A DNA stretch of 64,000 nucleotides from Heptranchias perlo. Taxonomy: Eukaryota. Of this stretch, positions 49,356-62,825 are shown piece by piece. How positions within the stretch are numbered: the stretch's first letter is position 1; the number at the start of each line of letters is the position of its first letter. Location: positions 38,874,001-38,938,000 of the forward strand of contig NC_090332.1 of the NCBI RefSeq assembly GCF_035084215.1, in the 5' to 3' direction. A program made the translations under genes and the position numbers. The notes under the pieces are model-generated. The model was not told where the DNA came from. It did not search any database and saw nothing but the letters and a program-made list of their open reading frames with translations.

Positions 49356-49699
49356 AAGCCGAGCTAAACAAAACAAAACAGAACTAACCAATGAGATGAA
49401 CAGTACATCAGTTGCACAGTATTGCTGGACTCACAATTGCCCAGCTTATGACTGATGTCCAACATTATACACTTATTAATTTGTACTTTGGATTACTTGA
49501 GCGGTCCTTCAGGCTCTGAAAAGTTGATATGGAATGTGAGTCCCTGTCATGTGTGCATTAAGGAAGGAGCAGAGGAAAAACCACACTGTAAGAAATTAAT
49601 GAAATAGCATTGCATTATGACATATACACTGTTTATAGTTAAATAATCTAAAATTCAATTTTCAATAAAGTGACAAATTGCAAATCAACGCTGTTTAGT

Positions 49700-50005
49700 G
49701 AATAGCACAAATCGCGGAGAGTGCTACAGTGAAGCACACATGGGAACAAGGATAAGAATCGAGCAAGCCATTGGGATGCTCAACGGAAGGTTCCGGTGTC
49801 TGGATAGGCCTGGGGGTGCCTTGCAGTATGCAACCAGCACCATCTCACTAATAGTGGTAGCAGGTTGTATGCTTCACAACTTACAATCAGGAAAGGACTA
49901 ATGGTAGATGTCCCAGAGGATGCCAGAGAGCCTGATGACACTGCCGATTCTAAAGCAGGTGCTGCTAAACAGCTGAGTGGAAGACTCATTCGGGAGACCT
50001 TCCGA
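49700..50005 (+). mobile_element. Harbinger transposase C-terminal remnant
   Basis: YSEAHMGTRIRIEQAIGMLNGRFRCLDRPGGALQY...GCMLHNL. A convergent Myb-like remnant (DKVAHNRREK) lies on the minus strand at about 50400-50440. Confidence 0.75.
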
Positions 50006-50534
50006 TCTTCATCCCCAATTTCTGGGTCAGAGTTGAAGCCAAGAAAGCTATTGCTTCCTCTTCACATGGTGTCAAAAGAGATCAGATTTGTGTATTACAT
50101 TCCCTATGGGTCTGCCGTTCCATGGTATTATGTGCTGTCCTGCAGAAGAAATGCATAGGCTACTGCAGTCTTCAGACCTCACACTTCCACTTCACCCTCT
50201 CTCACTACTTTTATGCATAGCATTGTGACAGTTCCCAGTGTGGTCTCTTTGGAAAAAACTCAAGGACTTAATGGGGTAACTTTCAGCTTTGGCAGGGATG
50301 GAAAACTGGTGGTATCGGATGAGCCACCCATTATACACCCTGCCCAATTATCCTTTCCATTGAAGTCAATGCCCACCGAATTTGAAATTACCCTCAACAT
50401 GTGTGTCTTCTCTCTTCTGTTATGAGCCACTTTATCTTGCAAGTAAGAAGCACACTGAAGAGAAGTGTCAGGAGTGCGTGTACTGACACCCAAGTAGTCA
50501 TCCTACAGCCCATCGTGGATGTAAAGTATATATT

Positions 50535-50650
50535 TTTTTTATTTTTTTTTATTCGTTCACGGGATGTGGGCGTCGCTGGCGAGGCCAGCATTTATTGCCC
50601 ATCCCTAATTGCCCTCGAGAAGGTGGTGGTGAGCCGCCTTCTTGAACCTT
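50535..50650 (-). mobile_element. Short 3' end of the ...HHHLLKGN LINE family
   Basis: Near-identical to 30908-31015, with an A-rich tail. An older copy lies at about 50960-51250. Confidence 0.85.
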
Positions 50651-51905
50651 ACCATTAGATTTTGTTTGCAGTACTTTTTGGATGAAATCCTTTAAGGGTA
50701 TCCATGTGGTAGGAGGTCCAGGTACAAGTTGTAGCTGCATTGTGAGCCCTATGATATGCCTGATAAGCATTCAAAGACTTATAATGTAGTCTGAATGGGA
50801 GAAAACAGCTTGTGAAATCCACACTTTGACAATCTACTTGGTATAAGGTAATAGTGGTAGCCTTACCTTGGCTGCTTGGTCAGATCTCTAAGGTTCTGGC
50901 AAACTTGCTGCAAGGAGCTCTGTATGTTGGAAACATCTTTCTGTGGGAGCACCACTTCCTTTGTTTTTTATTTGTTCTCAGCATGGGGATGACACTGGTA
51001 AGGCCACATTTATTGTCCTAGTTGCCATGTGAAGGTGGTGGTTGGCCTTCTCCTTGAACCACTGCAGTCCTTGTGATAAGGTGTTCCCAGTATGGTATTA
51101 AGTAGGGCATTCTAGGATTTTGACCCAGCAACAACAAAGGAATAATTCAGTATTTGTCTAGGTCAGGATGGTGTATGACTGGAGGGGAACTTGGAGATGA
51201 TGGTGTTCCTATGACCTTGCTATCTCTTGCCCTTCTTGGTGATAGTGATTGTGTAATCCCTTGAGTTTAGAAGGTTGAAGGGTAATTTAATTCATTGTAT
51301 CATAGTATCATAGCAGGTACAGCACAGGAGGAGGCCATTCGGCCCATCGTGCCGGGTCTTTGAAAGAGCTATCCAATTAGTCCCATTCCCCTGCTCTTTC
51401 CCCATAGCCGTGTAAATTCCACCACTCTTTCAAGCAGTGCATTCCAGATCATTGCAACTCGCTGCATAAAAAATGTTTCCTCATGTCGCCTCCGACTCTT
51501 TTGTCAATTACCTTAAAGCTGTGTTCTCTGGTTACCGACCCTTCTGCCACTGGAAATAATTTCTCCTTATTTACTCTATCAAAACCGTTCATGATTTTGA
51601 ACACCTCTATCAAATTTCCCCTTAACCTTTTCTGTTCTAAGGAGAACAAGCCCAGCTTCTCCAATCTCTCCACATAACTGAAGTCCCTCATCCCTGGTAC
51701 CATTCTAGTAAATCTCTTCTGCACCCTCTCTAAGGCCTTGACATTCTTCCTAAACTGTGGTGTCCAGAATTGAACATAATACTCCATTTGAGGCCTAACC
51801 AGTGTTTAATAAAGATTTGATGTGGAGATGCCGGTGATGGACTGGGGTTGACAATTGTAAACAATTTTACAACACCAAGTTATAGTCCAGCAATTTTATT
51901 TTAAA

Positions 51906-51944
51906 TTCACAAGCTTTCGGAGGCTTCCTCCTTCGTCAGGTGAT
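51906..51944 (-). ncRNA. Minimal type I hammerhead ribozyme (PLE-associated)
   Basis: Reverse complement reads ATCAC-CTGACGA-A-GGAGGAAGCCTCC-GAAAGCTT-GTGAA. Confidence 0.75.
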
Positions 51945-51965
51945 TGTGTAATCATTTTCACATCG

Positions 51966-52004
51966 TTCACCTGACGAAGGAGGAAGCCTCCGAAAGCTTG
52001 TGAA
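51966..52004 (+). ncRNA. Minimal type I hammerhead ribozyme (PLE-associated)
   Basis: TTCAC-CTGACGA-A-GGAGGAAGCCTCC-GAAAGCTT-GTGAA. It differs from the 7066 copy only at the variable core position N7. Confidence 0.8.
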
Positions 52005-52326
52005 TTTAAAATAAAATTGCTGGACTATAACTTGGTGTTGTAAAATTGTTTACAATAATAAAGATTTAGCATAACTTCCTTGCTTTTGTATTCTATGCCT
52101 CTATTAATAAAGCCCAGGTTGCCATATGTTTTTTTAACAGCCTTCTCAACTTGTCCTGCCACAGTCAAACATTTGTGTATGTGCACCCCCAGGTCTCTCC
52201 ATTCCTGCACCCCCTTTAAAATTGTGCCATTTAATTTATATTGACGCTCCTCATTCTTCTGAGAGATTTAGGTAATTAATCATAGACAACCTCATTTTGA
52301 TGAAGCAACTCAGCAACGGAAACATA

Positions 52327-52988
52327 GGGCTCAATTTTAAAACCAAGCAGGGAAGGGGGCAGGGGTGTCAAATTGAGGACTGGAAGCCCATTGGTACGGG
52401 AATCGGGGTGGGAGGATTGGGGTCGTGGTCACAGGATCAGAGTGGGGGAGGAGGATCGGGGTCGGAGGTCGGGGGAAGGATCGGGGTCAGGGATCGGGGG
52501 TCTGCAATCGGTGGGGGGGGGGGCTGCGATCGGGGATCGGGAGTCCGCGATTGTGTGGGAGGGGATCCGCAATCGGGTGTCCGCGAACATTGAGGGGTCG
52601 GTGCAGGTAGGTTTGTTGGGCCTGGGGGAAGCACTCCTGCTCCTCCGGGCCCACAAGCTGTGCTTTTCTAGGCACCTACCTGTTAGTCTCGGGCCTTCTT
52701 GTCTCCTTTCATGAGGCATAAAACGGAAGGCCCGGGAATTCCAGCCCCCTGGAGTTGAAATCACGAAGTCCAGAAAAATGGAGGCCCGAAGCCTCCTTGA
52801 AAGGTTTTAAGGCCCGATCCACCTCCTGGGAGCGGGTTGGTCACCCGCCCCTCTTCCTGCCCCGGTGAAAACCGGAAATGGGCGGGTGGGAGGCTGGTTG
52901 GGGGTAGGTGTGAAATAATGGCAATTTTCAATGCCCCCCCCCCCCCCCGTCCCCAACCCACATGTTTTTCACTTTGAAAATTGAACCC
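52327..52988. mobile_element. Harbinger-type MITE (about 660 bp)
   Basis: 16-bp TIRs GGGCTCAATTTTAAAA and TTTGAAAATTGAACCC (2 mismatches), with a perfect 3-bp TSD ATA at 52324-52326 and 52989-52991. Internal GATCGGGG-like repeats. Confidence 0.85.
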
Positions 52989-53894
52989 ATAAACTTCAAA
53001 ACATGGCCTATCCATTCAAAATAACCTAAATAATTATATAGGTACAATCCATACAAAATAATCTAAATAAAAAAGCCTATCTTTTCTGCCTTATCCATGC
53101 AGATTACCTTTAACGCCTGATCTGAACGGGCAGGAATGATGTTACGTGGCACGTCTGCCCAAAGATCAGGATATTTGATGGGCTGACTAAAGCCCTCATT
53201 TATACACTGGATGCATGCTAAGTTAAGTTCCCACTCAAAACAAGAGTGATGACTGCCTAATTACCTGGTGCCCATACAATCTAATCCTGCCAGTGGTACC
53301 AATACAGACAGTCAGAAAATTTACGCTTATATCCCACTAGGTCCTGTTCCTGCAAATTTAGTTAACTAGCTCTCTGGGGGCTCACATTTTCAAATATCAG
53401 CAATAGCCTGGATTAAAAGATTTCCTTGACTATGGAACACACTGAATGTAAAAGGAATGTAATCCCGTTGGAGCTACTTGGCCAGTAATCTTCAGCTGTT
53501 ATCCTGGTCCGTAAAAGTTACCAATTGTTACTTTCCTGCTTGCATTTAATTTTGTCAATGAATGTTCTATAGTTCAGCAAATATACAAAAATACCTACAT
53601 GTAGAGAAAGATATTTTGGAGGAAAACCTACCCTTCCACCCTTGCTGTGTTAATTTGTGTATTGGTTGATCGGACAAGAGTTACTTCATTAAAATGAGTT
53701 TGTTAACTCTCCATCCTGTTTCTGGTGGTTATAAACCTGCAAGATTATCACTCAAAATTGGCACTAATTTTACACAGATTTGGTGGTCTTGAGCTGGCAG
53801 AACAATGAGGTAGTTGGTGTGGGAAATAGTGCAATAAGGGATGTTTTTCAATAATGAAGGAAATGGGAAATCCCAGCAAACAGAGTCCCCACCT

Positions 53895-54480
53895 CTGACC
53901 CTATCCCCTCTGTAACCATCCTTCCACTCTTCCTTCTCCTTCAAATGAGGGTGGCACAGATACTGCCTTAAAATGAAAGCAGCATGGGAGCTCCCCAGAG
54001 AGCAGGCATATACCGTCATTATTCTGCACGAGCAGTTCCACATCAGCTGGGCACTGATCGAATAAAATCCCTTACAGTCCCTATAAGCACAGCATTGATT
54101 GCAGGGTGAAACAATAACCCCACCCCCGCCCCTCCCCACCGGATTGTTGGAAAGCATGCAGTCTATCATGCTACTGCTGCTGGTTAGTGACAAAAGTGAT
54201 GAAGTTATTGGTCCTTCTGAAAAATGCATTTGTGACTTTCTTGATACATTTGTGAACAGCTAAATGGTTGAAACTGTAGCTGTCATAATACTGCACTAAT
54301 ATATTATGTAAATTGAGGACCGAAGCAACGTTGACTTTGGCGTGCTGAATGGATGGTTGATCATGTCTGGATGTCTTCATTAAGATGATGGCATAGCTGT
54401 GCGACAGCTTTGCAGCTTAGTGTCAGTCCCCTAAGGCACTGCTCTTCATTCATTCCCAGGTAGCTGTACCTGGAACTGTA
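53895..54480 (-). mobile_element. Degenerate Harbinger transposase remnant
   Basis: HAKVNVASVLNL...AVHKCIKKVTNAFFRRTNNFITF, and CKGFYSISAQLM...GSSHAAFILRQ. Confidence 0.7.
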
Positions 54481-54714
54481 GTCCTGATGTGTTACATGCT
54501 GGCAGGACCTGATGGTTCACCTTGTGTTCCACCTTATATCATTGGCAGCCCTTTCCTGCTCTTGCTGGCCCTTCTTAGCCAACTATAGTGCTGGTGAAAA
54601 ACTGAATCTAAGACCATTATAGACAAAAAAACTCAGGATTGTAGCTCACTTTTGTAACTGCTCACCTCTCAGTACAAGCAATCTGCAGTCTTGACTCAGC
54701 ATTGGCTTCTTTTT

Positions 54715-55372
54715 AGACTGCAGCCTTTGATCTGATCATACCATCCTCCTCACACACCTCTCCTCTGTTGTCCAGCTCAGTGGGACTGCCCATGTCTGGT
54801 TCCATTCTTATCTATCTGATCATAGCCAAAGCATCTCCAGCTGTGGAATCTCTTCCCACACCTACATAGTTACCTCTGGAGGCCCCTAGGATCCAAAGCT
54901 CTGCTGTCTATATAACATCCCACAACAAGTCCCGCTTGCCTATCATCTCTGTCCTTACTGAGCTACATCGGCTCCCAGTCCCCAACATCCTCGTGTTTAA
55001 ATTCATCCGTGGCCTTGCCCCTCCCTATCTCTAAGCTTCTCCAGCCCTACAATTCCCTTCCCCCAATCGAACGGCCATTCTACTGATTTATCTGCATCCC
55101 CGCCCCCCCTTCACCCCACCATTGGGGTCCTGCCTTCAGCCACATAGCCCCATGCTCTGGAATTCCCTTCCTAAATCCCTCTGCCTCTCCACCTCCCTCT
55201 TCTTCTTTAAGACTTGCCTTAAAACTCACCTCTTTGACATTGCTTTTGGTCACCCTCCTAACAGCGTCTTCTTTGGCTCAGCATCTATTATTTGATTATA
55301 CCTCTGTGAACTGTGTTAGGACATTCTTCTACATTAACAGCACTATGTAGATGCAAGATTTTGTTGTTCTTG
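54715..55372 (+). mobile_element. L2 LINE 3' fragment (degenerate, internally deleted)
   Basis: Decayed AFD..DH.ILL..L, WFHSYLS, L..LH.LPV, AFS..AP.LWNSLP and FK..LKTHLFD. Ends in an L2-type tail (CACTATGTAGATGCAAG..TTGTTGTT). Confidence 0.8.
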
Positions 55373-55961
55373 ATGTGTGAGCTTTGGAATATGGTGCATT
55401 TTGGAATGAAATAATTATTATACCATCAATAATTATCTTAACAGGTATAGTGCTACAAGTCACTTCCGCCAAACAACAATTTGACAACATACAAAAACTA
55501 TTGCACACTGCCAAGTTGCTGTTTGGAGGAGCACACAGTGTTCCTCTACTTTCCAATTATTACTACTCTCTAACACATGAATAGCTCAGGAATTCAATGG
55601 AAGACCAGCTGGAATCTTGCACTCATTAATCCGTGCTGGGAAATAGAACTTTTTTACCTTCTTGTGTCAGAATCAATTTCCTGTCAGGTGCAACACAAGT
55701 TGCATTAAGGATAAATCTTCTTCCACACTGGCCTTGGCCGTTAGCCTCAGAAGGAAGCCCCTTCTGCAATGGTATGGCACTTCCAATTCTCACACTAGCA
55801 TTCTTGTATCCTCTTTGAGGAAAATTAATTTAAATTAGAGCTACATCTCAACCAGTTTTGTACTTTGGATAATCATTAGGAAATAATTTGAGATCTAATA
55901 TAGTGGAACTTTAATAATTTGTGATAGTGGAAGGGACCCCCCCCCCCAAATCTTTATTAAA

Positions 55962-56112
55962 GCAGAATTTCTGTTGGGGTTCTCCGATCTCCCACTTGAA
56001 CCCTGGCGAAACAATGTAAACAGACATTTACACCAATTCCCCAGGATTTCCACCAATCTTCCATTGAAGTTACAGTGAGAGATAGAGCGAACCCCCGCAG
56101 AAATTCTGCCCC
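55962..56112. mobile_element. Short (about 150 bp) palindromic MITE
   Basis: About 35-bp imperfect TIRs GCAGAATTTCTGTTGGGGTTCTCCGATCTCCCACT and AGTGAGAGATAGAGCGAACCCCCGCAGAAATTCTGC. Confidence 0.7.
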
Positions 56113-59100
56113 TATGTGTTTCCATTTCATAACTAAATATTCAGGAAGAAAGTTGTTTGTAGCCCAACTGCTGCTGGTCACCCATGGCCAAAGCCCTGAC
56201 TCCCACTGGTCTCTTGACATGATGCTAAATATCACAACTGTGCAGATAGTAAATTCTACCATGTATGGGGCATCTAGGTAACAATTACTTATCCTGCTGG
56301 TTCAAGAACTCAGACTCTGAAAAATCAATTAAAAATGGTCAATTGCATTGCCTTATGCAAAGCTAATCCTTGATTCCCATGAAAATGTTGTGGATAATCG
56401 AAAGTATGAATAATGGAGTGTGTATAATCAAGGTTCCACTGTAATGTGTTTATATAAAAAGCTACATTCAAAAGTGGCACTACCATTACAGCTGGCATTC
56501 AAGCAGTTTGTTAGGTCCTATCTGGTCCTTGACCCCCCTCTTACTGTTAATCTACATAGCAGTGTGTTGGCTCATGTTTTTAAATGTATTTTCAATTGTT
56601 TTCTTTGCTCCTTTAAAAGAGGATCTGAGCAGCGTATAAGTCTCATTGAAACTCCTTGAACATCAAGTGGGATGAAATTGGAAGGGTTGGAGAGAGAGAA
56701 GCTGTTTTCTGCTCCCATTGCTCAGAAACAGGAGGAGAGAAGAGGCATGAAGTTCTGCAATTTTTTGGGGGGGAGGGGGAAAGTGGTGTAGTTCTGGTGT
56801 GGGGGGCTAAAATTTGGGGTGCAAGGCAGATACATCAGAGTTGTACAGGTTCTAAAATATTCTGGTAAAAGTGGCTGCTGGCAGAAGATGCATCCACCCC
56901 AAAGTGGGATATGTGTATGGAGCTAACAGGATAATGAGGGTAATAGTTACTGCCTCAGCAGTTTACACTAGAGTTGCACCTAACAAGTTTGAGATGGGTA
57001 AGTTCCAGCATGACTTGACAAACCAGGAAGTTGTTCAGTTCACAGGCTCTGACTGTCCATGATCGTTGTCTGAAACATCAGCTTTGACCGGACTGATTAG
57101 AAAAAACTGTGCTGCCAAGAAAGGAATCTGCAAACTTTGGCCCTCAACCACAAACAGCCTGTCTTCCTGTCCCATATCTCTATCAGGAGCACATCCAGGT
57201 CAAATCCCTGAAGTTTACTGCCCACACCTTTGATCTGGCTGCCATCCTTCTCACCCAAGTTACCTTCTCCCTCCAGAGCTGCCTTTGCTCCTTTAAACAT
57301 TAGCAAGTTTTATATTGTTTCTGTCTCCACTGGAGGTTTCTGCCTCCATTTTCCACCCCTCCTTTGCTAGTCATTTGGGGCCCATTTAGTGCCTTTCTCT
57401 CCAACTCTGCAGGAGTTTTCCGGCTTCCACTCTCCTAGGATATCTGATGTGCTGTAGGCTTTCGTTTGACAGCTTGCACACTTCTCAGTATTTCAATGAG
57501 CTGACCCTGCAATTTAGGACAGGATCAGTGCTGTAACTTCATGGCATTCAAAGTCCTGCCTACCTCGCTTCCAGTTACTGTTGGAATCTCGGTGGTCACA
57601 GAAATTTATTTTAATCAAGCTCACACCTCTGTTAAAATAGTAGGGAGAGGAATGTTAGCTGAGCACCTTAAGCCTTTGTCTGCTTATATAAGCAATTAAC
57701 ATACATTTTAAAAGACAAAAAAACTTAAGACACCCTCCCCCACTTGACATTTGTAAAAGCTGTTCTTTTAAAACTATGTAGAAATCTCATTGACAGAAAG
57801 AAATGATTCTTGTTTCTATTTGAGATTAAACAATTGTTCTTGAAATCTTATAAAGAAAAAAATAATTACAATAAAAAAAATAATTGTGGTACCTCGATGA
57901 CTTTTGAATTTGAAGAATAGAATCAGATTTCCAACAAGCTCTCTCTATTTCCTAAATGGTGAAACCAATATTTAACTTGGGCCTAAATGCTAGTTTTCAA
58001 AAAATTTAACCTGACATTGTGTCATGGCTGATTGGCCATAAGAACAAAACACTCTCATGCTCCCTGTTAGAATCCATTTAGTCAGTGTGAGCTGTCTATC
58101 CAAATGCTGATTTTCCTCTTTTGCACAAGAAGTAAGAGTTCTGAATCCCAGAGGCATACTTGACGTATATCCACAATGCAATGTATTATATTTTAATTCA
58201 GAGACTCTTGGGAAAAAGATTTATTCAATAATTTTACTGTAGCGACACGTACACAATGGTCTGTAAACTTGAAAAAACAAATACATTTCCCTGATTCACT
58301 TTTCTGATTTGTAGAAATATGTTATACTGGTAGAATTATCGATAATAGAAGGATTTTTAAAAATTATTATTCTACGCAAATCATAAATATGCATTTCTTA
58401 TCTAAATATAAATATTAATAAATAGCATTAAAATATTAATGTTTCTGCAGGGGCAGCACAGCAATGCTAGTGTCCAAGTCTATTGTGACTTAATGCTCTG
58501 TAACAGTGGTCAAGTACCCCAGATTACCACACAGAGATAATACATGAAATCTACTTCCAATTTGCCCTAAAGTTTAAGAAAAACAACTGTTAATTCATTA
58601 GAATTCAAATGCATTCTCATTCATATTAACACTTCAATTTATTAACGATCTCTCAGATAAATAGTTCCAACTTGATTTTAGCTAATTATTTTGCATGGCT
58701 TATTTTTCCTGCTTTTTGCAGATTTCCATAAATTCCAGATTAATAAGGCTGCAGAAATTTAAATTATTTTCGTTTCAGTTTACATTCCAGTATTACATTT
58801 TTGTTGAACTGTAGGGACTAAATTAAATGCATTCTCCATCACTGGCTCACTCTTGCTGTGTCGTTCATGATGGTAAATTATTTTAAAAGTCAGTGACGCT
58901 ATTGGAACAATGGCACTGCTAGGTCACCATCTGTTACAGTTTGCTACCTACACACAAAATGGAGTGCATCATGTAATCATCTTGTAATGCATTATATATG
59001 TGTTGGAGAAGGTGTTCATGAAAATATATGATTACTGTATCAGTGTGTGAATTCATGCATAATAAGCTCTGTCGCACAGAAAACTGAAATTTGATGCACT

Positions 59101-60031
59101 TTGCACTGATGGAATAAGCAAAGTGGAGTGCTTTTAGCAGTCATTAATGTATACTTGTTAATGTTAACATTCACTTATGTGGTGACATAACGTCTGTGGC
59201 AGTCTATAGAATTCTGTCCCTTGTCAATGCACTCTGGTGCTTTCTGCAGTCTGAAGTATTTCCCTTTAATCAGGATTGATTTTCACTTTGATTCAATTTG
59301 CAGTTTCTCAGCAAAGCTCGCAGCAGGAAATTTGAGAATGTGGTAATGTAGGATTTGCCCATTATAAGGAAAACGTTACAGCATTTGAGGTCACGGCAAA
59401 CTGTGATCAGCAAAAGGATAAGCCACTAGCAATTGCTCTTTTCACAATAAGGACAGCATGACAATTAATGAACGATAATTGAATGTAAAACCCAGCTCAC
59501 CACATCACAGTTTGATTGCCCTTTGCATTTATTCCTCTTTAAGGATATCGGTTTGACCCACAGAAAGTTCTATTTTTGTTTTATCAGGCCTGTGCCAAAG
59601 CATTTTAAATGATCAGTTATGACTCTTTAATGGTTCCACTTAAGAAACTAAGCTAGAACAATGATATTTAATTAAGAAAAATGCACACAAGGTGTAGTGA
59701 TTGCCCCCAAGGGCAGAGTGGTGGGCCAGCATGCTGCGGCACCAATGCATAGTACGACAGAGTGCTGAGATGCACTTTTGGTTTCGCCATTTCCCTGTCT
59801 GAGTTCTCGTCTCATGCTCTGATTTTCTGTTGATCCCCGGGCACCTGCACTGCTATGGGTAGAAGTCCCGGTTAGCAAAGTTCACACAGAAACATTTAGC
59901 GCATCTGTACTACATTCCTGTGAGTGGTATTTTTAGGCAGGTGTTAGGAACATAGGAACAGGAAGGCCATTCAGCCCCTCGTGCCTGCTCTGCCATTTGA
60001 TAAGATCATGGCTGATCTATATTGGCCCATA

Positions 60032-62825
60032 TCACTTAATACCTTTGGTTGCCAAAAAGCTATCTATCTCAGATTTAAATTTAGCAATTGAGCTAGTATC
60101 AATTGCCATTTGCGGAAGAGAGTTCCAAACTTCTACAACCCTTTGTGTGTAGAAATGTTTTCTAATCTCACTCCTGAAAGGTCTGGCTCGAATTTTTAGA
60201 CTGTGCCCCCTACTCCTAGAATCCCCAACCAGCGGAAATAGTTTCTCTCTATTCACCCTATCCGTTCCCCTTAATATCTTATAAACTTCGATCAGATCAC
60301 CCCTTAACCTTCGAAACTCCAGAGAATATAACCCCAATTTGTGTAATCTCTCCTCGTAACTTAACCCTTGAAGTCCGGGTATCATTCTAGTAAACCTACG
60401 CTGCACTCCCTCCAAGGCCAATATGTCCTTCCGAAGGTGCGGTGCCCAGAACTGCTCACAGTACTCCAGGTGTGGTCTAACCAGGGTTTTGTATAGCTGC
60501 AGCATAAACTCCTGCCCCCTTGTACTCTAGTCCTCTAGATATAAAGGCCAGCATTCCATTTGCCTTCTTGATTATTTTCTGCACCTGTTCATGACACTTC
60601 AATGATCTATGTACCTGAACCCCTAAGTCCCTTTGCACATCCACTGTTTTTAACTTTTTACCATTTAGAAAGTACCCTGTTCTATCCTTTTTTGATCCAA
60701 AGTGGATGACCTCACATTTGTCTACATTGAATTCCATTTGCCACAGTTTTGCCCATTCACCTAATCTATCAATATCGCTTCGTAATTTTATCTTTTCATC
60801 TACACTGCTTACAATGCCACCAATCTTTGTGTCATTGGCAAACTTAGATATGAGACTTTCTATGCCTTCATCTAAGTCGTTAATAAATATTGTGAATAAT
60901 TGAGGCCCCAAGACAGATCCCTGCGGGACTCCACGAGTCACATCCTGCCAATGTGAGTACCTTCCCGTTATCCCTACTCTCTGTCGCCTTTCGCTCAGCC
61001 AACTTCCTAACCAAGTCCGTACTTTTCCCTCGATTCCATGGGCTTCTATCTTAGCTAACAGTCTCTTATGTGGGACCTTATCAAATGCCTTCTGGAAGTC
61101 CATATAAATAACATCCATTGACATTCCCCTGTCCACTACTTTGGTCACCTCTTCAAAAAATTCAATCAGGTTTGTCAGGCACGAACTACCTTTCACAAAT
61201 CCATGCTGGCTCTCTCTGATTAACTGAAAATTCTCGAGGTGTTCAGTCACCCTATCCTTAATTATAGACTCCAGCATTTTCCCCACAATAGATGTTAGGC
61301 TAACTGGTCTATAATTCGCTGGTTTCCCTCTCTCTCCTTTCTTAAAAAGCGGAGTGATATGTGCAATTTTCCAATCTAGAGGGACAGTTTCTGAATCTAG
61401 AGAACTTTGAAAGATTATAGTTAGGGCATCTGCAATGTGCTCACCTACTTCCTTTAAAACCCTGGGATTGAAACCATCTGGTCCTGGGGATTTGTCACTC
61501 TTTAGTGCTATTATTTTCTTCATTACTGTTGCTTTACTTATGTTAATTTTATCGAGTCCCTGTCCCCGATTCAATATTAGTTTTCTTGGGATTTCCGGCA
61601 TGCTATCCTCTTTTTCGACTGTAAATACTGACGCAAAGTAATTGTTCAACATGTCCGCCATTTCCCCATTGTCAATGACAATATCCCCACTTTCAGTTTT
61701 TAAGGGGCCAACACTGCTCCTGACCACCCTCATTTTCCTAATATAACTATAAAAGTTCTTCGTATTGGTTTTGATATCCCTTGTGAGTTTCTTTTCATAC
61801 TCTCTTTTTGTAGCCCTTACTATCTGTTTTGTGACCCTTTGTTGATCTTTGTATCTTTTCCATTCATCAGGATCTGTGCCATTTTTTGCCTTTTTGTATG
61901 CCCTTTCCTTATGTCTTATACTGTCCCTTACCTCTTTAGTTGTCCATGGCTGTTTTTTTTGGCAAGTAGAGTTCTTGACCCTCAGGGGTATAAACCGATT
62001 CTGTATCACGTTAAATGTTTCTTTAAACATTTCCCACTGATCATCAGTCATTTTACCCATTAACAGATTTGCCCAGTTTACTGTGGACAGTCTCTGTCTC
62101 ATCCCATTGAAGTCGGCCTTGCCCAAGTCTAGAATCTTAGCAGCTGATTCACTTTTTTCCATTTCAAACACCACCTTGAACTCGATCATGTTATGATCAC
62201 TATTGGATAGATGTTCACGCACAGTTAAGCCGTTAACTAAATCTGGTTCATTACTCATTACTAAATCTAGTATGGCTTGCCCCCTTGTTGCCTCTAGGAC
62301 ATACTGCTGCAGAAAACTATCCCGAACGCACTCAAGAAATTCACTACCTTTCTGACAGTTGCTAGTCTGCTTTTCCCAATCTATGTGAAGGTTAAAGTCC
62401 CCCTTTAAGAGCACTATGTCTTTCTTACACGCTTGTCTAATCTCTGCATTTATACAATCTAGCACTTCAGAGCTGCTGCCAGGGCTCCTATATACAACTC
62501 CCACTATAGTCTTAGATCCTTTCCTATTTCTCAATTCAACCGATAAGGTCTCTGTTGGCTGCTTGCCTCTCGTTATATCCCCCTTTATCATTGAAGTGAT
62601 TTCATCTCTAATCATTAAGGCTACTCCTCCCCCTCTTCCATTTTCCCTATCTCTCCTGTAGACCTTATAACCTGGTATGTTTAGTTCCCAATCCTGACCA
62701 TCCTGCAGCCAAGTCTCAGTAATAGCTATCATGTCATACCCTCCAATTTGAATTTGAACCTGTAGTTCATTTAATTTATTCCTTATACTCCATGCATTTG
62801 TATATAGAACTCTTAGTTGGGCCAC
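60032..62825 (-). CDS. CR1 ORF2 (APE endonuclease + RT): 782-aa ORF plus a frameshifted C-terminus; catalytic FADD mutated to FAND
   Basis: ORFs 60477-62825 and 60032-60505 carry all APE and RT motifs, with one frameshift near 60505. Confidence 0.92.

Larger units (their letters stand above)
51819..52055. mobile_element. Penelope pLTR-only insertion made of two inverted partial pLTRs
   Basis: Perfect 90-bp inverted repeat (51854-51943 and 51967-52056) with a 23-nt spacer. 12-bp TSD TAATAAAGATTT at 51807-51818 and 52056-52067. Confidence 0.9.
51295..52260 (-). mobile_element. CR1 LINE 3' fragment interrupted by a Penelope insertion
   Basis: ORFs 52025-52210 and 51449-51787 are consecutive RT C-terminal segments. 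Confidence 0.9.

Noticed and set aside
52400-52600. GATCGGGG-like interspersed repeats as a CRISPR-like array
   Set aside because: Irregular low-complexity repeats inside a TIR/TSD-bounded MITE in eukaryotic DNA, with no constant repeat-spacer period and no cas genes.
55384-55584. Possible host exon after ...ttaacag (IVLQVTSAKQQFDNIQKLL)
   Set aside because: No recognisable protein family, no convincing donor site and no partner exons.
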